64,000 nucleotides of DNA from Candidatus Bathyarchaeia archaeon (GTDB lineage Bacteria > Patescibacteriota > Microgenomatia > PFEM01 > JAFGMK01): assembly GCA_035529595.1 (NCBI GenBank), contig DATKWK010000023.1, positions 142,961 to 206,960 on the forward strand, written 5' to 3'. A program made the translations under genes and the position numbers. This document shows, piece after piece, positions 9,505-19,972 of this stretch. Under the pieces are notes generated by a model, which had not been told where the DNA came from, did no database searches, and saw only the letters and a program-made list of their open reading frames with translations. Numbering within the stretch: the first letter of the stretch is position 1; each line of letters starts with the position of its first letter.

Positions 9505-10737
9505 ATGAAACAGAAAGTAACCGCTTGCAGTATACTTGCTTTATCTTTTTTGCTGATCGTTGTTGCATTAATTCAGAATTCAAATCAAAAATCGGTTTTA
9601 AGACCGGTAGTTAATAAAGAAGAGCCGACTCAAGTATCTAAGACCACCCCCACCCCTGAAGAAAAGATTCCCGCCATAATCAGTATGGTTGGTGAATTAG
9701 ATCCGTCCGGAAAATTTGCCGCGGAAATGAGTTATTTAAAAGCCTACAACGAATCAGTACCCCGTCTGTATTTAAATATTTTTGCTAGGAAACAGTTTGA
9801 GGATGCTGTTATACCTCTGGTGACCGGTTCCAACTTAAGTAGCCTGTGGTCGGTTGTTTTAGGAGATGAAAGCCAAGCTTATCTTCGGGTTTTGAACAAA
9901 TATTTTCATTATGATTCTTCCTACCGGATTAAAGGTATCCATTCTAATCATTATCATAATTTTTATGAGTGGTCGAATAAAGGAACTATATTGGCTTTTC
10001 TTCTTCCTGACGAAATTATCATGCTTTCGTTTGATTACTTGTCGGATGGTAAGTATTTTTATGAAATAAATTCGTCTAAAGAGACTGTCGTTGATTACAA
10101 AACTGCTCTTAAGGTTAAAGATTACCAGGAAATTGAAATTCCAAACATGAATTGGGAGGATCTAGCTTATAATTTTTCGATGTTTTTTTCCGGAGATGAT
10201 CGGTATCTTTACGTAATTCAGGGCGAATCTGTCTTTTTCCGTTATGATACTTTAAGAGATAAAGTTGAAGATTTAATAATTCCGGGAAAAGAAAGAGCGG
10301 CAGAATATCTCGAAATTTATCCTGTTCCCGGAAGTCCGGGGTATTCATATTGGGTCCACGGCCATTACCAAAAAAATAGCTCAGTTGTCACAAGTGACGG
10401 GACAACTGAAAAGGAATTTTCAATTCCTGATAGTAAAGGTATTGATGGTTTAGGTAAAATCCTTTTTTCTCCCGGACGTGATAAGGTTTGTCTGGAGTGG
10501 GGGGCATCAGGATATTGGGGTTATGTTGTTTATGAGTTTCCTCCTGGGCGGCTGCTCGATAGCGGCCAACAATATTCTTACTGTCGAAGGTGGCTTGATG
10601 ATAATAGACTGGTAATTATTGAAGACCCCTATCACGAAGTCGGTAGTTATTGGTTTGAACTAAATGTGGCAACCGGAGAAAAAAAGCTGCTGGATGAAGT
10701 TGGCAAAGAACACGGAGGTCTCAATCAGGCTTTATAG
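9505..10737 (+). CDS. Hypothetical secreted protein, probable beta-propeller
   Basis: Signal anchor and PT linker; repeated 'FSGDD', 'FSPGRD' and 'WLDDNRL' blade-like motifs. Start uncertain (9493 or 9505). Confidence 0.6.
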   Translation: MKQKVTACSILALSFLLIVVALIQNSNQKSVLRPVVNKEEPTQVSKTTPTPEEKIPAIISMVGELDPSGKFAAEMSYLKAYNESVPRLYLNIFARKQFEDAVIPLVTGSNLSSLWSVVLGDESQAYLRVLNKYFHYDSSYRIKGIHSNHYHNFYEWSNKGTILAFLLPDEIIMLSFDYLSDGKYFYEINSSKETVVDYKTALKVKDYQEIEIPNMNWEDLAYNFSMFFSGDDRYLYVIQGESVFFRYDTLRDKVEDLIIPGKERAAEYLEIYPVPGSPGYSYWVHGHYQKNSSVVTSDGTTEKEFSIPDSKGIDGLGKILFSPGRDKVCLEWGASGYWGYVVYEFPPGRLLDSGQQYSYCRRWLDDNRLVIIEDPYHEVGSYWFELNVATGEKKLLDEVGKEHGGLNQAL

Positions 10738-11148
10738 GTTTTTTAAAATCGTTATGAATTATAACTAGAATTAAATTAGCAGATTTCGTAATAAGGGGAA
10801 ATTAAATGCAAAAAAATCAGCAAGAGAATAAAGAAAGAGAGGAAGTCGAAAAGTTTAGACCTGAGCTTCTTGCAGCGCTCCATTGACTCAACATCATTAT
10901 CAAAACCCGTTTGTCCGTGAATGGAGTCTAGCCCTTGGTTGTACCCTTTTTTTTGGTGAGTTAATGATTGCACTTTTGGGATTTTGGTGCTTTAGTGCGG
11001 TCGGTTTTTATCAATCAGACTCCTTACGAACTCGGAATTTTTCAGAAAGTTCTGGGAGAGAGTGCATTCGATGATCAGGAAAAATGCTTTTCATCTGTGT
11101 TCAAGTATATCTTTTCCTGTCCAGAATTTGTATAATCGAGGTGTAAAT

Positions 11149-11550
11149 ATGAAATCAAGAATTGGACATATTTATATTTACGCTTCGGATTTAGAAAAGA
11201 GTTATCAGTTCTATAAAAAATTTCTGGGGTATTTGGACTATCGGCAAAACTTTAAGTCGAAGAAATTTTTTGCTTTCATCAAAGACGGCACCAGTATTTT
11301 TTTTGAGCAAGCTCCGAAAGATCACTTAAATGACGGTTACCATCGTCGGAGAATTGGTTTAAATCATTTAGCCTTTCGGGTTGATTCAAAAGAAGAAGTT
11401 GACCGGTTTAATAACGATTTTCTTAATGCTAATGACATAAAAACTCTTTACAATACCCCAAAGCCCTTTCCGAAATACGAGAAAGGCTATTATGCTGTTT
11501 ACTTCGAAGATCCGGACAGAATTAAACTGGAAGTTGTGTATTATCCCTAA
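11149..11550 (+). CDS. VOC/glyoxalase family protein
   Basis: 'IGHIYI..SDLEKS..FY', 'GLNHLAF' and 'YFEDPDRIKLE'. GAGGTG SD precedes ATG 11149. Confidence 0.9.
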   Translation: MKSRIGHIYIYASDLEKSYQFYKKFLGYLDYRQNFKSKKFFAFIKDGTSIFFEQAPKDHLNDGYHRRRIGLNHLAFRVDSKEEVDRFNNDFLNANDIKTLYNTPKPFPKYEKGYYAVYFEDPDRIKLEVVYYP

Positions 11551-11561
11551 CTTTAAAACCC

Positions 11562-12188
11562 GTGTTAGATATCCCTGTTATGTCAGCTCCCAAAAATGCG
11601 TGTGCCTTAGCTTGCTATAGCATGACGGCAAAATATTTCTTTTCGGAAACCACTTTTGATCAAATTTTAAAGATTTCCGACTGGTCACCAAATTATGTGG
11701 CTTGGCCTTTTAAGTTTTGGAAGTGGATTATGGACCAGGGAATTAAAATTACAGATTTTGACCTGATTGACTATAAAAGGTGGCTAAATAAAGGTGTATC
11801 TGCTTTAAAATCTTCTTTAACGGAAAAAGAATTTGACTGGCTTAGGAAAAATTCCCAAGACCTTTCAATAATCGGTAAAGATCTAAAAAAGGTTGTGGAA
11901 CATCGCAATTTTACTCATAGAAGGGGAAAACCAAAATTTAGCGATTTAAAAAGTGCGGTTAAGAAAAAAAGTGTTTGTGAGGTAGTGCTGGACTCACGGA
12001 CATTAGATAAGAAAGAAGGATTTTCTTTGCATCGGGTAGTAGTAACAGGTATAAATAAGAATAAAGTTACTTTCCATGACCCGAGAGGAAATAAAACTAT
12101 AGCCGGAAGAACTGAAAGCCTTAGTCATTTTAAGAGAGCTTGGTTAGTTGCCGTATCAGATCCGGAATTATGTATTTATTCAAAATAG
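11562..12188 (+). CDS. Peptidase C39-like (papain-fold) protein
   Basis: 'LDIP....NACALAC..M' catalytic Cys; 'HRVVVTG...V.FHDP' His/Asp. Confidence 0.7.
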   Translation: MLDIPVMSAPKNACALACYSMTAKYFFSETTFDQILKISDWSPNYVAWPFKFWKWIMDQGIKITDFDLIDYKRWLNKGVSALKSSLTEKEFDWLRKNSQDLSIIGKDLKKVVEHRNFTHRRGKPKFSDLKSAVKKKSVCEVVLDSRTLDKKEGFSLHRVVVTGINKNKVTFHDPRGNKTIAGRTESLSHFKRAWLVAVSDPELCIYSK

Positions 12189-12230
12189 TATTTCGATTAT
12201 AATTATTGGTAAGGCTTACCACAAAAATAT

Positions 12231-13118
12231 ATGGGAAATATTCCTACAATAAGATTACTTTCAGGTAGAGAAATACCCAAATTAGGACTTGGGACTTGGG
12301 GTATTGGCGGAGGACCGACCAGGAACCAGAACAATGACGATAAAGGACAGATTAAAAGCATAAAGTATGCGATCGATAATGGTTTTACGTTTATTCGTAC
12401 CGCTCATAATTATGCAGAAGGCTATTGTGAGGAGTTAGTTGGAAAGGCAATTGAGGGTTATGCGCGTAAGAAACTATTCCTTGTTTCCTGTGCCAATCAA
12501 AAATTTGCGCTAGATAAGAAATCGATTATAGAAGTGGCGAAAGGCAGTTTAAAGAACTTAAAGATTGATTACTTTGACGTTTACCTAATTGGCGCTATTA
12601 ATCCGGAAACTTCTGTAAAATCAATTTTGGACGGCTTAGTTTATCTTAAAGAACATGGTTTGGCAAAGGACATCGGTGTTTCAAATTACAGATTGCCCGA
12701 ACTTAAGGCTTCGATTGAATATTTGGGCAAGAAAATTGTCTATAGTGAAATGCATTACAATCTTATTATCCGTGAACCAGAAATTGGCGGAACCTTAGAC
12801 TATTGTCAGCGAAAGGGAATTATTCTTAGCGCCTACCGACCATTGCAACTTGGTCAGCTTTCCAAACCCGGAATTGTGATTCTTGACCAGCTATCCAAAA
12901 AGTACAATAAATCCCAAGCTCAAATAGCTCTTAAGTGGTTGATCCAAAAAGAAGGAGTGATAACTATAACCAAGACAACAAATACCAAACATATCAGGGA
13001 AGATTTAGATGTTTTTGATTGGAATTTGGAAAAAGAGGATGTTGAGAAATTGGATAAAAATTTTCCAATTCAAGTACGCATCAGTGACTGTTCAGAGCCA
13101 AGACAGTTTAAATTTTAA
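12231..13118 (+). CDS. Aldo/keto reductase
   Basis: IPKLGLGTW, TAHNY, IGVSNY, AYRPL and AQIALKW motifs. Confidence 0.92.
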   Translation: MGNIPTIRLLSGREIPKLGLGTWGIGGGPTRNQNNDDKGQIKSIKYAIDNGFTFIRTAHNYAEGYCEELVGKAIEGYARKKLFLVSCANQKFALDKKSIIEVAKGSLKNLKIDYFDVYLIGAINPETSVKSILDGLVYLKEHGLAKDIGVSNYRLPELKASIEYLGKKIVYSEMHYNLIIREPEIGGTLDYCQRKGIILSAYRPLQLGQLSKPGIVILDQLSKKYNKSQAQIALKWLIQKEGVITITKTTNTKHIREDLDVFDWNLEKEDVEKLDKNFPIQVRISDCSEPRQFKF

Positions 13119-13228
13119 TTTTATAGGTTATCGAAGGAAATAAATTAAATTTTACTTCATCATTCCGATTTAGCGGAAAACTAATGTATTAAGTGATTCA
13201 ATTCTTCTTTAAAAATTAAATTTACCCC

Positions 13229-13256
13229 TTGACAGGGTATATAAAAAGTATATACT
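13229..13256 (+). promoter_or_regulatory. TA operon promoter with overlapping palindromic operator
   Basis: TTGACA 13229-13234, 16 bp spacer, TATACT 13251-13256. Imperfect palindrome GTATATAAAAAGTATATAC overlaps the -10. Confidence 0.65.
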
Positions 13257-13264
13257 TTCTATAT

Positions 13265-13555
13265 ATGAACACTGCAGTAATAAATATTAAGGTCGAGCCG
13301 AAATTAAAGGAAAAAGCGCAAGAAGTAGCGTCTGATTTGGGTTTTAGCCTAAGTTCCTTGATTAATGGTTATTTAAGGCAGTTAATAATTACTAAAACTA
13401 TTCATTTCAGTCTTCAGGATGAAGAGCCGAGCGAGTATTTAATTAAAGCGCTTCATGAATCTGAAGAACAAAGAAAAAGGGGACAGTTTAAGTCTTTTAA
13501 TAGCGCCGACGAAGCTCTGGGCTTTATCGATAAGATGATTGATGAAAAACGTTAG
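13265..13555 (+). CDS. RelB/DinJ-family antitoxin
   Basis: RHH N-terminus 'VINIKVEPKLKEKAQEVASDLGFSLSSLI'; overlaps the toxin start. Confidence 0.88.
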   Translation: MNTAVINIKVEPKLKEKAQEVASDLGFSLSSLINGYLRQLIITKTIHFSLQDEEPSEYLIKALHESEEQRKRGQFKSFNSADEALGFIDKMIDEKR

Positions 13556-13814
13556 AATTGATTATTCAAATCGGTTCATAAAATCCCTGAAAAAATCTCC
13601 TCGAAAAATAGAAATTGCTTTTAGAAGCCGGTTGGAATTGTATTTAACTGATCGGTACCATCCGTTACTGAATAATCATTCCTTAACGGGAAAGTATCAA
13701 GAATATCGAAGTATCAATGTTACTGGCGATTGGCGAGCCATTTTCCGAGAATTAAATGGGGGAGAAATAATCTATTTTGATTTTATTGGCACTCACAGCC
13801 AGTTATATAAGTAA
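13542..13814 (+). CDS. RelE/YafQ-family mRNA interferase toxin
   Basis: 'YSNRFIKSLKK', 'NHSLTG..YRSI..TGDWR' and C-terminal GTHSQLY. Confidence 0.9.
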   Translation: MKNVRIDYSNRFIKSLKKSPRKIEIAFRSRLELYLTDRYHPLLNNHSLTGKYQEYRSINVTGDWRAIFRELNGGEIIYFDFIGTHSQLYK

Positions 13815-13908
13815 GGGTATTAGGATAACTTGGGAAAATAATTACTCCCGCTTTTCTATTGTTAGTTGTCTAGTTTATCATTAAATTTCCTGGTAAAATT
13901 AGCTCATA

Positions 13909-14730
13909 ATGAAAAAGACGATTAAGCAAATTTATTCCGAAATGGTTCAAAACGAATGGAGAAGGTTAGTAAAAGATTCTTATCATAGATTGGAGTTTGA
14001 AACCACGCTCTATTTTCTAAAAAAATATTTACCCCAAAAGGGTTTTATTCTTGACGCCGGTGGTGGGCCCGGAAGATACACGATTGAACTGGCTAAAAAA
14101 GGTTACCAGATGGTTTTAGTTGATTTGACTCCGGAACTCCTTGAAAAAGCCAGGAAAGAAATAAAGAAAGCCGGAGTTAAGAGAAACGTTAAAGCGATAG
14201 CAGAAGGAGATATCACTAATTTAGCGGATTTTAAAGATGACACTTTTGATGCCGTTTTGTGCTTAGGAGCGCCACTATCTCACGTTTCCACCGAGGAAAA
14301 ACGGAGTCAGGCAGTATCAGAGTTAGTAAGGGTTGCTAAGTCAAAAGCCCCCGTATTTATATCGGTCATTGGGCGGTTGGGAGTAGTTTCGGCCTGTGCT
14401 AGATATTGGGTTAACGAGATTGGGATGACTAAACATTTTCGGGAGATATGGAAAGGGGGAAATGACAATATTTGGAAAAAAGGATCTTATGCTCATATGT
14501 TTTTGCCGGAGGAACTAGACAGACTGGTAACCGAAAATGGAGCAGAAATAATTGAAAGGGTTGGGCTTGAAGGTTTGGTGTCAGTTTTAAGAAAAGAAAT
14601 CAATAAAATCGCCAGAAGTAATCCTCTTGCTTGGAAAAATTGGCAAGAATCACATTATAAACTTTGTACCCACCCAGCAGTTTATGCTACCAGTAGTCAC
14701 ATGCTGATTATCGGGAAAAAAAATGCCTAG
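13909..14730 (+). CDS. Class I SAM-dependent methyltransferase
   Basis: Motif I ILDAGGGPG, then 'LVDL', 'FDAVL' and 'LVRVAK'. Confidence 0.9.
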   Translation: MKKTIKQIYSEMVQNEWRRLVKDSYHRLEFETTLYFLKKYLPQKGFILDAGGGPGRYTIELAKKGYQMVLVDLTPELLEKARKEIKKAGVKRNVKAIAEGDITNLADFKDDTFDAVLCLGAPLSHVSTEEKRSQAVSELVRVAKSKAPVFISVIGRLGVVSACARYWVNEIGMTKHFREIWKGGNDNIWKKGSYAHMFLPEELDRLVTENGAEIIERVGLEGLVSVLRKEINKIARSNPLAWKNWQESHYKLCTHPAVYATSSHMLIIGKKNA

Positions 14731-14819
14731 TTGTGGGATAAAACAGACGCAATCCCGTTTTTAAACTTCAAGTTTGATCTTATATTTCCAAGCCCAAGAA
14801 AAATAGGGAAGTAGACAAA

Positions 14820-15425
14820 TTATTTTCTGGAATGTTGAATAAGCTCCTTTAAGTTTTCAATATCGTTGTCATGCTTTGTTGATTTTTCTTTAATCTCTTC
14901 GATCTCCTTAGACTCTTGTTTATTAAGTGGAATGTCGTTTTTAATTAGATAACAGATTAGAAAGAAGCCTATGGCGATTATGCTCAGTAAGCTCAAGACG
15001 GGAAGAATTGCCGAAATAACGACTTCTCTAAAGTTTCCACTCTTTAAGTTTATGATCAGGTGAAGCATAAAAAGAAAACCCACCATACAAAGAAAAATTA
15101 GAAAGGTAAATATTGCCGCATTGGCGAGTGATGTTATCTTGCTGAAAATTTGGATCTCAATTGAAACAAAGGTAAAGAGAGCAACAAATACCCCAAGGAT
15201 TTCGGTATATCTGGGAAGACTGTCTCTTACCGCTTCTTTAGCGGCTTCTTTAGCGACTTCTGTTGCGACTTCTTTGGCGGCTTCTTTTGCAGGGCCTGCA
15301 TCTTGTGCCGCAGATGAGGTTTCTTGTGCTGCTATAGAAATTTGTTGGACAGTTGGAGCGGGGTTTATTGTCGTTGGGCGGTTTGTTAGGGGAGTTTGCA
15401 AACGTTGTTTTTCTGCCCTTGGCAT
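14820..15425 (-). CDS. Hypothetical membrane protein (3 TM) with AKEA tetrapeptide repeats
   Basis: AKEAAKEVATEVAKEAAKEAV followed by three hydrophobic segments; abuts the upstream gene's stop. Confidence 0.65.
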   Translation of the reverse strand: MPRAEKQRLQTPLTNRPTTINPAPTVQQISIAAQETSSAAQDAGPAKEAAKEVATEVAKEAAKEAVRDSLPRYTEILGVFVALFTFVSIEIQIFSKITSLANAAIFTFLIFLCMVGFLFMLHLIINLKSGNFREVVISAILPVLSLLSIIAIGFFLICYLIKNDIPLNKQESKEIEEIKEKSTKHDNDIENLKELIQHSRK

Positions 15426-15827
15426 TTAATTCCCTTCCAGTTTGACTTCGAAAGATTCTTCTTCTTTGGCTTTTTCGCCATCCATATAAACTTGAATTTT
15501 ATAAGTTTCTTCTTTATCAAACTTCAGACCCCTAAAGTTGCTAATGTATTGGAGAGATTTGGTTTTTCCTCGTTTAGAAATCAGTTCTTTCTCTGGAGTT
15601 TTAGCAATTTCATTTCCAGTTTTCTCTTCAGTTATTATCAACTTTTGTTTATGTACACTTTCCTTATCGTCTTTTTGTTCAAACTCCCACTTGGTAACAA
15701 TGCTCATTTTGGGATGTATGGCGGGGAAACCGGGAGTTTTAATGACGTCGAATGTTTGAATAATATATAGGCCGCCCGCAGTATCAGTAAATGCGTTATC
15801 GCAGATAATGATGAACTTTAATTTCAT
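15426..15827 (-). CDS. Hypothetical beta-sandwich protein (DUF6941-like)
   Basis: 'IICDNA..D..G.LYII..FD.I....FPA.H' pattern. Start moved to ATG 15827, 7 nt after TGnTATCAT. Confidence 0.65.
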   Translation of the reverse strand: MKLKFIIICDNAFTDTAGGLYIIQTFDVIKTPGFPAIHPKMSIVTKWEFEQKDDKESVHKQKLIITEEKTGNEIAKTPEKELISKRGKTKSLQYISNFRGLKFDKEETYKIQVYMDGEKAKEEESFEVKLEGN

Positions 15828-15911
15828 GAGTTTAATGATAACACTTTGCGGTTTCAAGAATCAAATGCCTTGGATTGAAGTTGAATATAGTTTTTCATCA
15901 CTCTTTGGGTG

Positions 15912-15986
15912 TAGAATATCTTTATGGCGCTTTCAGTCGGGATTCGCTTTTCAGCGCCTCATAATTTGACTTCTATTTCAAATTAA
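15912..15986 (+). pseudogene. Scar of a ychF 5' end (promoter plus first 7 codons)
   Basis: TAGAAT-6nt-ATG MALSVGI, versus ychF TAAAAT-6nt-ATG MSLSVGI; 16/20 nt identity from the ATG. Confidence 0.5.
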
Positions 15987-16043
15987 CATCCCTGAAGAAA
16001 TAAAGTAATAATTTAAAAGCGACAATTAGGAAGAATTAATGAG

Positions 16044-17909
16044 TTAAAGATGAGGTTTTTTAGGTAAATATTCAAATACCTTGGTTTTTCCTTCAGTGAA
16101 CACTTCTTTTAAATAAGGATAATTAATTTTTTCGATTGTAAGAATAAAACGGACATTGGTTTTTTGCAAATTTTCTTCAGTTATATTAGTTAAAAAGATA
16201 GTTCGACCGAAGGCGGGGTTGATTATATCGGGGAATTGCATCTTTGCTATAAATTCATTGTAACTAGTTAGATGGACAGGATGGTAGCCATTAGGTGTTG
16301 TGAAACCGTAAACCATATTGACATTAACCGGAAAAACTTCTTGGTGGACGCTTAACATTTTTTGGTTGTTCATAAGTTTATCTTTGAGAAAAAGAGTGGT
16401 AGCTGTTTCAGGAAAAATTAAGTCAGGAGGTATAAAAGAATTAAACTTTTTTCCTTGATAAACCAAACTGGTGGTGTTTAGGATAATTAAAATCCAGACT
16501 AATAATTTATAATGCCAAATTAGGTATAACAAAAGAGTAATTACGCTAAGACCAGTCAATATTCCCGGGATAACTGTGTTTCGAAAAGCAATCATTCTTT
16601 GGGTGGGGTTGTCAATACCAACTAATAAATAAACAGAAAGAATTGATATGCTTAAAAAGCAAATCAATAAAAGCTTTTTCGGTTTATATTTATTATTAAC
16701 AATATTAGCTAAACCGTAACTGGAGAGAAAAGAGATGGCGACAACTGTTAGAGATAAAATTCTAGCCGGAATTAAAGACGAAAAAACAGGAATATTATAT
16801 TTGTAGAGAAATCGAGAAAAGGGCGTATCTAAAGACAAAATAAGGGAAATTAGCAAAACGGCTAGAAAAAAACGAGTCAAACGGTCTTTTAAGGAGACAA
16901 AAAAAATCAATATAATTGAAAGACAACCGCAATAAATAACAAACTCGTAATAATGATAACGGCTACCGAACCAATTCATTGTCACAGGACTACCAAAAAA
17001 ATCAGGAGCAATTGATGTTAGTATTAACTTTGGTTGAATCAAGTAAGCAGTAACGTTTTCGTCAAGTCCGATTCCTTTCCAGCGAGCGGTTAGCGGTAGT
17101 AATTTCAACCAAGGAATAAGTTGAGGCAGCGATAATATTATAAACAAACATAAGGACAAAAAAGGAAAGATTATTTTTTTTTGTTTATTTTTGACCACAA
17201 ATAAATAGAATCCAACTGCTAAAATAAGGTGATAAGCAAAAAACTGGACGAATCCGGCAAAGAAACTCATTGTTAAAGAAAAAGCTAGCAATAATAGAGA
17301 GAGTATTGGTTTTTTCTCCATTTTATTTAAGGCGAAAAGTGATAACGGAATCCACAAAAGTGTATGCATTGCTGTTCCAAATTCGACCTGGTTGAAATAG
17401 TAAGAATTGAAAGCAAATATCAAAGATCCAAAACACGAAACGGGTTTTGTAACATGAACCGATCGTAGAAATATATAAAAAAATAACCCAGCTAAAATCG
17501 GTTGGATCATGATGTAAATCGACCAAGCGGAAGAAAAATTGTTGGTTAACCAGAAAACTAAATTTAAAGGATAAAGCGCCCCAGAATGTCCGTCGGCAAG
17601 CAACGGGGTGCCTGAGAATATATATTGATTTATATTAGGTAACCGACCTTGCTTTAATTGCTTAATGATTTCTTGTTTAAATGGATAATATTGAGTTAAA
17701 GCGTCTGACAGTTCTATATTTTTAACCGGATAACCGGTTATTTTGTTCATCCAGACAACATCTTTCCACGGGTGATAATTGCCCAACAAGATATCTCCGG
17801 GAAAAGGAACCTGACCTTTAATAATTAATGGCCAGAAAGTGGTGAGTGTTGTTAAAAGTAAGAGAACAACTAATCCTAAATGCTCCTTTATTCTAATAAC
17901 GAATTTCAT
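16044..17909 (-). CDS. YfhO-like polytopic membrane protein (GT-C type glycosyltransferase)
   Basis: 'D..TQYYPFK...G.LP..N.Y.F.G.P.....GALYP.N' YfhO motif and many TM helices. Start moved to ATG 17909. Confidence 0.8.
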   Translation of the reverse strand: MKFVIRIKEHLGLVVLLLLTTLTTFWPLIIKGQVPFPGDILLGNYHPWKDVVWMNKITGYPVKNIELSDALTQYYPFKQEIIKQLKQGRLPNINQYIFSGTPLLADGHSGALYPLNLVFWLTNNFSSAWSIYIMIQPILAGLFFYIFLRSVHVTKPVSCFGSLIFAFNSYYFNQVEFGTAMHTLLWIPLSLFALNKMEKKPILSLLLLAFSLTMSFFAGFVQFFAYHLILAVGFYLFVVKNKQKKIIFPFLSLCLFIILSLPQLIPWLKLLPLTARWKGIGLDENVTAYLIQPKLILTSIAPDFFGSPVTMNWFGSRYHYYEFVIYCGCLSIILIFFVSLKDRLTRFFLAVLLISLILSLDTPFSRFLYKYNIPVFSSLIPARILSLTVVAISFLSSYGLANIVNNKYKPKKLLLICFLSISILSVYLLVGIDNPTQRMIAFRNTVIPGILTGLSVITLLLYLIWHYKLLVWILIILNTTSLVYQGKKFNSFIPPDLIFPETATTLFLKDKLMNNQKMLSVHQEVFPVNVNMVYGFTTPNGYHPVHLTSYNEFIAKMQFPDIINPAFGRTIFLTNITEENLQKTNVRFILTIEKINYPYLKEVFTEGKTKVFEYLPKKPHL

Positions 17910-18146
17910 TAACTGATTATATATATTTTGGATATAATTAGTATATAAACATATCGATAGGGATAGTGGGAACGCAAAACTGCCCTTTGGGATTATTGCT
18001 TGTATCCCCAAAACCTAAGAAGGGGAGAATTATTACCAAAAGAGATGAATTTAGAAGAATTGTTAAATCTGAAGCTCCTTTTATACCTAGATAATTTATG
18101 TGATATTTTTTAACATAAAGGTAGCTTTATTGTTATAATTTGTCCA

Positions 18147-19058
18147 ATGGGGATAGAAAAAGTCTTGGAAAATTTAGAAGAGCTTTTTAGCCGATGGGGA
18201 GTCGCCAGCTGCGATTGGGTATTTACTGCAGAATATGCTCTCAAACTTTTGGGGTATGACGTGTTGGTAAGAGAGGGGCATCTAACTATTCAGGTTAACA
18301 AGACGAAAATTCCTTGGAAAATTGGAGAAGCGCTTGAAACTCATCCCTCTGTAAATACAAAATTTTCCAAGGAATACTTGCGGTTTCAAGAAAAAACCGG
18401 TTTTGAATTTGATATGGCTCCGGTATCCTCCGAAGATTTCAAAAGAAAAGCCAAATACACTGTTTTATACACTCTTCCTAATGGAAGACAGATACGGGTA
18501 CAAACCCCCGAAGGTGGGTTGGAGGAGTTAGAAATTATACTTGCTTCATGTACCGATGAGGGCTGGGGAGCCGAAAAAGGTTTTAGAATTATGGCTTGCG
18601 TTGAAGATGAGTTGAAGGCATTGTTAAAGAAAGGAGAAATCAAGCTGGCAAAAAAGTATGAGATGTTGATTAAGAAATATAGCCGTTTTAGAAAGGCAAA
18701 GAAATTAAATGTTTCCAAAGATTTTACAAAAATAAGGGAATTCACCGGCATAGTGGCATCTAAGGGTAAGGTGAAGGGAATAGCGAACGTTATCCTTAAT
18801 CCTGAAATAACAAAGAAATTTGAGAAAGGCGAGATATTAGTTACAACCATGACTTCGCCAAAATTTACTATCTTTTATAAGAAGACCTCTGCAATTGTTA
18901 CGGACGGTGGTGGGGCACTTTGTCATGCGGCCATTGTGGCGCGAGAGATGAAAATTCCTTGTATCGTTGGCACGAAAATTGCAACCAAGGTCTTGAAAGA
19001 CGGTGATTATGTAGAGTTTGATGCGATCACGGGCACGGTAAGGAAAACGGAGAAGTGA
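18147..19058 (+). CDS. PEP-utilising enzyme phosphohistidine swivel domain fused to an unknown N-terminal domain
   Basis: C-terminal 'GEILVT.MTSP..AIVTDGGG.LCHAAIVARE.KIPCIVGT'. Confidence 0.85.
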   Translation: MGIEKVLENLEELFSRWGVASCDWVFTAEYALKLLGYDVLVREGHLTIQVNKTKIPWKIGEALETHPSVNTKFSKEYLRFQEKTGFEFDMAPVSSEDFKRKAKYTVLYTLPNGRQIRVQTPEGGLEELEIILASCTDEGWGAEKGFRIMACVEDELKALLKKGEIKLAKKYEMLIKKYSRFRKAKKLNVSKDFTKIREFTGIVASKGKVKGIANVILNPEITKKFEKGEILVTTMTSPKFTIFYKKTSAIVTDGGGALCHAAIVAREMKIPCIVGTKIATKVLKDGDYVEFDAITGTVRKTEK

Positions 19059-19098
19059 GAAATTATTAAATTTTTTTTGAAAAAGACAATAGAAGGAA

Positions 19099-19926
19099 AT
19101 GATCCAAGAAGATCTGACAAGTAGTCAGAATGAGCCAGAAGGCGTTTTAGATGTGAAGCCTACTAATCTGCAAGAATTATTATCTAGGGGTATTATGCGA
19201 AATACAGAGGGCGCTGATTTTAGAGACACCTCAATAATTGTTTTAAGACACGCTGACGAAAGAGAAGATAGTGAGGGACGAACGATAGGAATATCGGATG
19301 AAGGAAATGCTCAAATAAGTTCTGCCGTTGGTGGAGTCGCTGCTGCATTAAGAAAGGTGGGGACTGACATTATAATAAAATTTTATTCAAGTCCTAATAA
19401 ATGGGCTGAAGTTACAGCTGGACATATGATTGAGGAGATCGAAGGCGGAATAGAAAATGGTAGTTGGCCCAGAAACGTTCGCTTGTTAAGTATCCCTGGT
19501 TCGAGACAAAAACCAAGAAAAAGACAGAAAGTCACAAGGGATATTCTCGTTGACAGGAGTGATGTAAAGAGTATTTTGGCTGAAAGAGAAAGTAGAAGAA
19601 AAGCTGGTGAAGGAGTTGAATTTAGTACTGTTCTAATTGAAAAGGACAGGCGAGGCGAATTGCAACCAGGGACCGAGGGAAGAGAATTGGTAGTCAGACG
19701 ATTGACTGAAGTTGTCGGGCGTTTACAAAAGATTAACGAAAGAATTCTCGATAAAGGTGAAAAACTGCTTTTAATACTTATTACACATAATATTTATTTT
19801 GAAGCATTTTTAGGCGAGAAAGCCGAAGGTTGTCAGGGCGTACGAATAGATTTACCTCTTAAGGCTGAGGAGAAACTAGTTCTTGTGGGTGCAAATAATA
19901 GCAGAGAGCTGGATTGGCAGGTTTGA
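19099..19926 (+). CDS. Histidine phosphatase superfamily protein
   Basis: IIVLRHA, SSP and LITH motifs. Confidence 0.7.
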   Translation: MIQEDLTSSQNEPEGVLDVKPTNLQELLSRGIMRNTEGADFRDTSIIVLRHADEREDSEGRTIGISDEGNAQISSAVGGVAAALRKVGTDIIIKFYSSPNKWAEVTAGHMIEEIEGGIENGSWPRNVRLLSIPGSRQKPRKRQKVTRDILVDRSDVKSILAERESRRKAGEGVEFSTVLIEKDRRGELQPGTEGRELVVRRLTEVVGRLQKINERILDKGEKLLLILITHNIYFEAFLGEKAEGCQGVRIDLPLKAEEKLVLVGANNSRELDWQV

Positions 19927-19972
19927 AATTTAGATTAAATCTGATTGTGGACTTTTACAATGGTAATCTCAT

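Noticed and set aside
10776-11148. Short ORFs 10776-10973(-) and 10883-11074(+), and GCAGATTT..AATAAG similarity to the MITE target flank
   Set aside because: No recognisable motifs or start signals; the similarity is short, gapped and AT-rich, so probably chance or an unidentifiable relic.
15228-15292. 12-nt tandem repeats as a regulatory or contingency locus
   Set aside because: They are in-frame, degenerate repeats encoding an AKEA helical linker; the coding explanation suffices.
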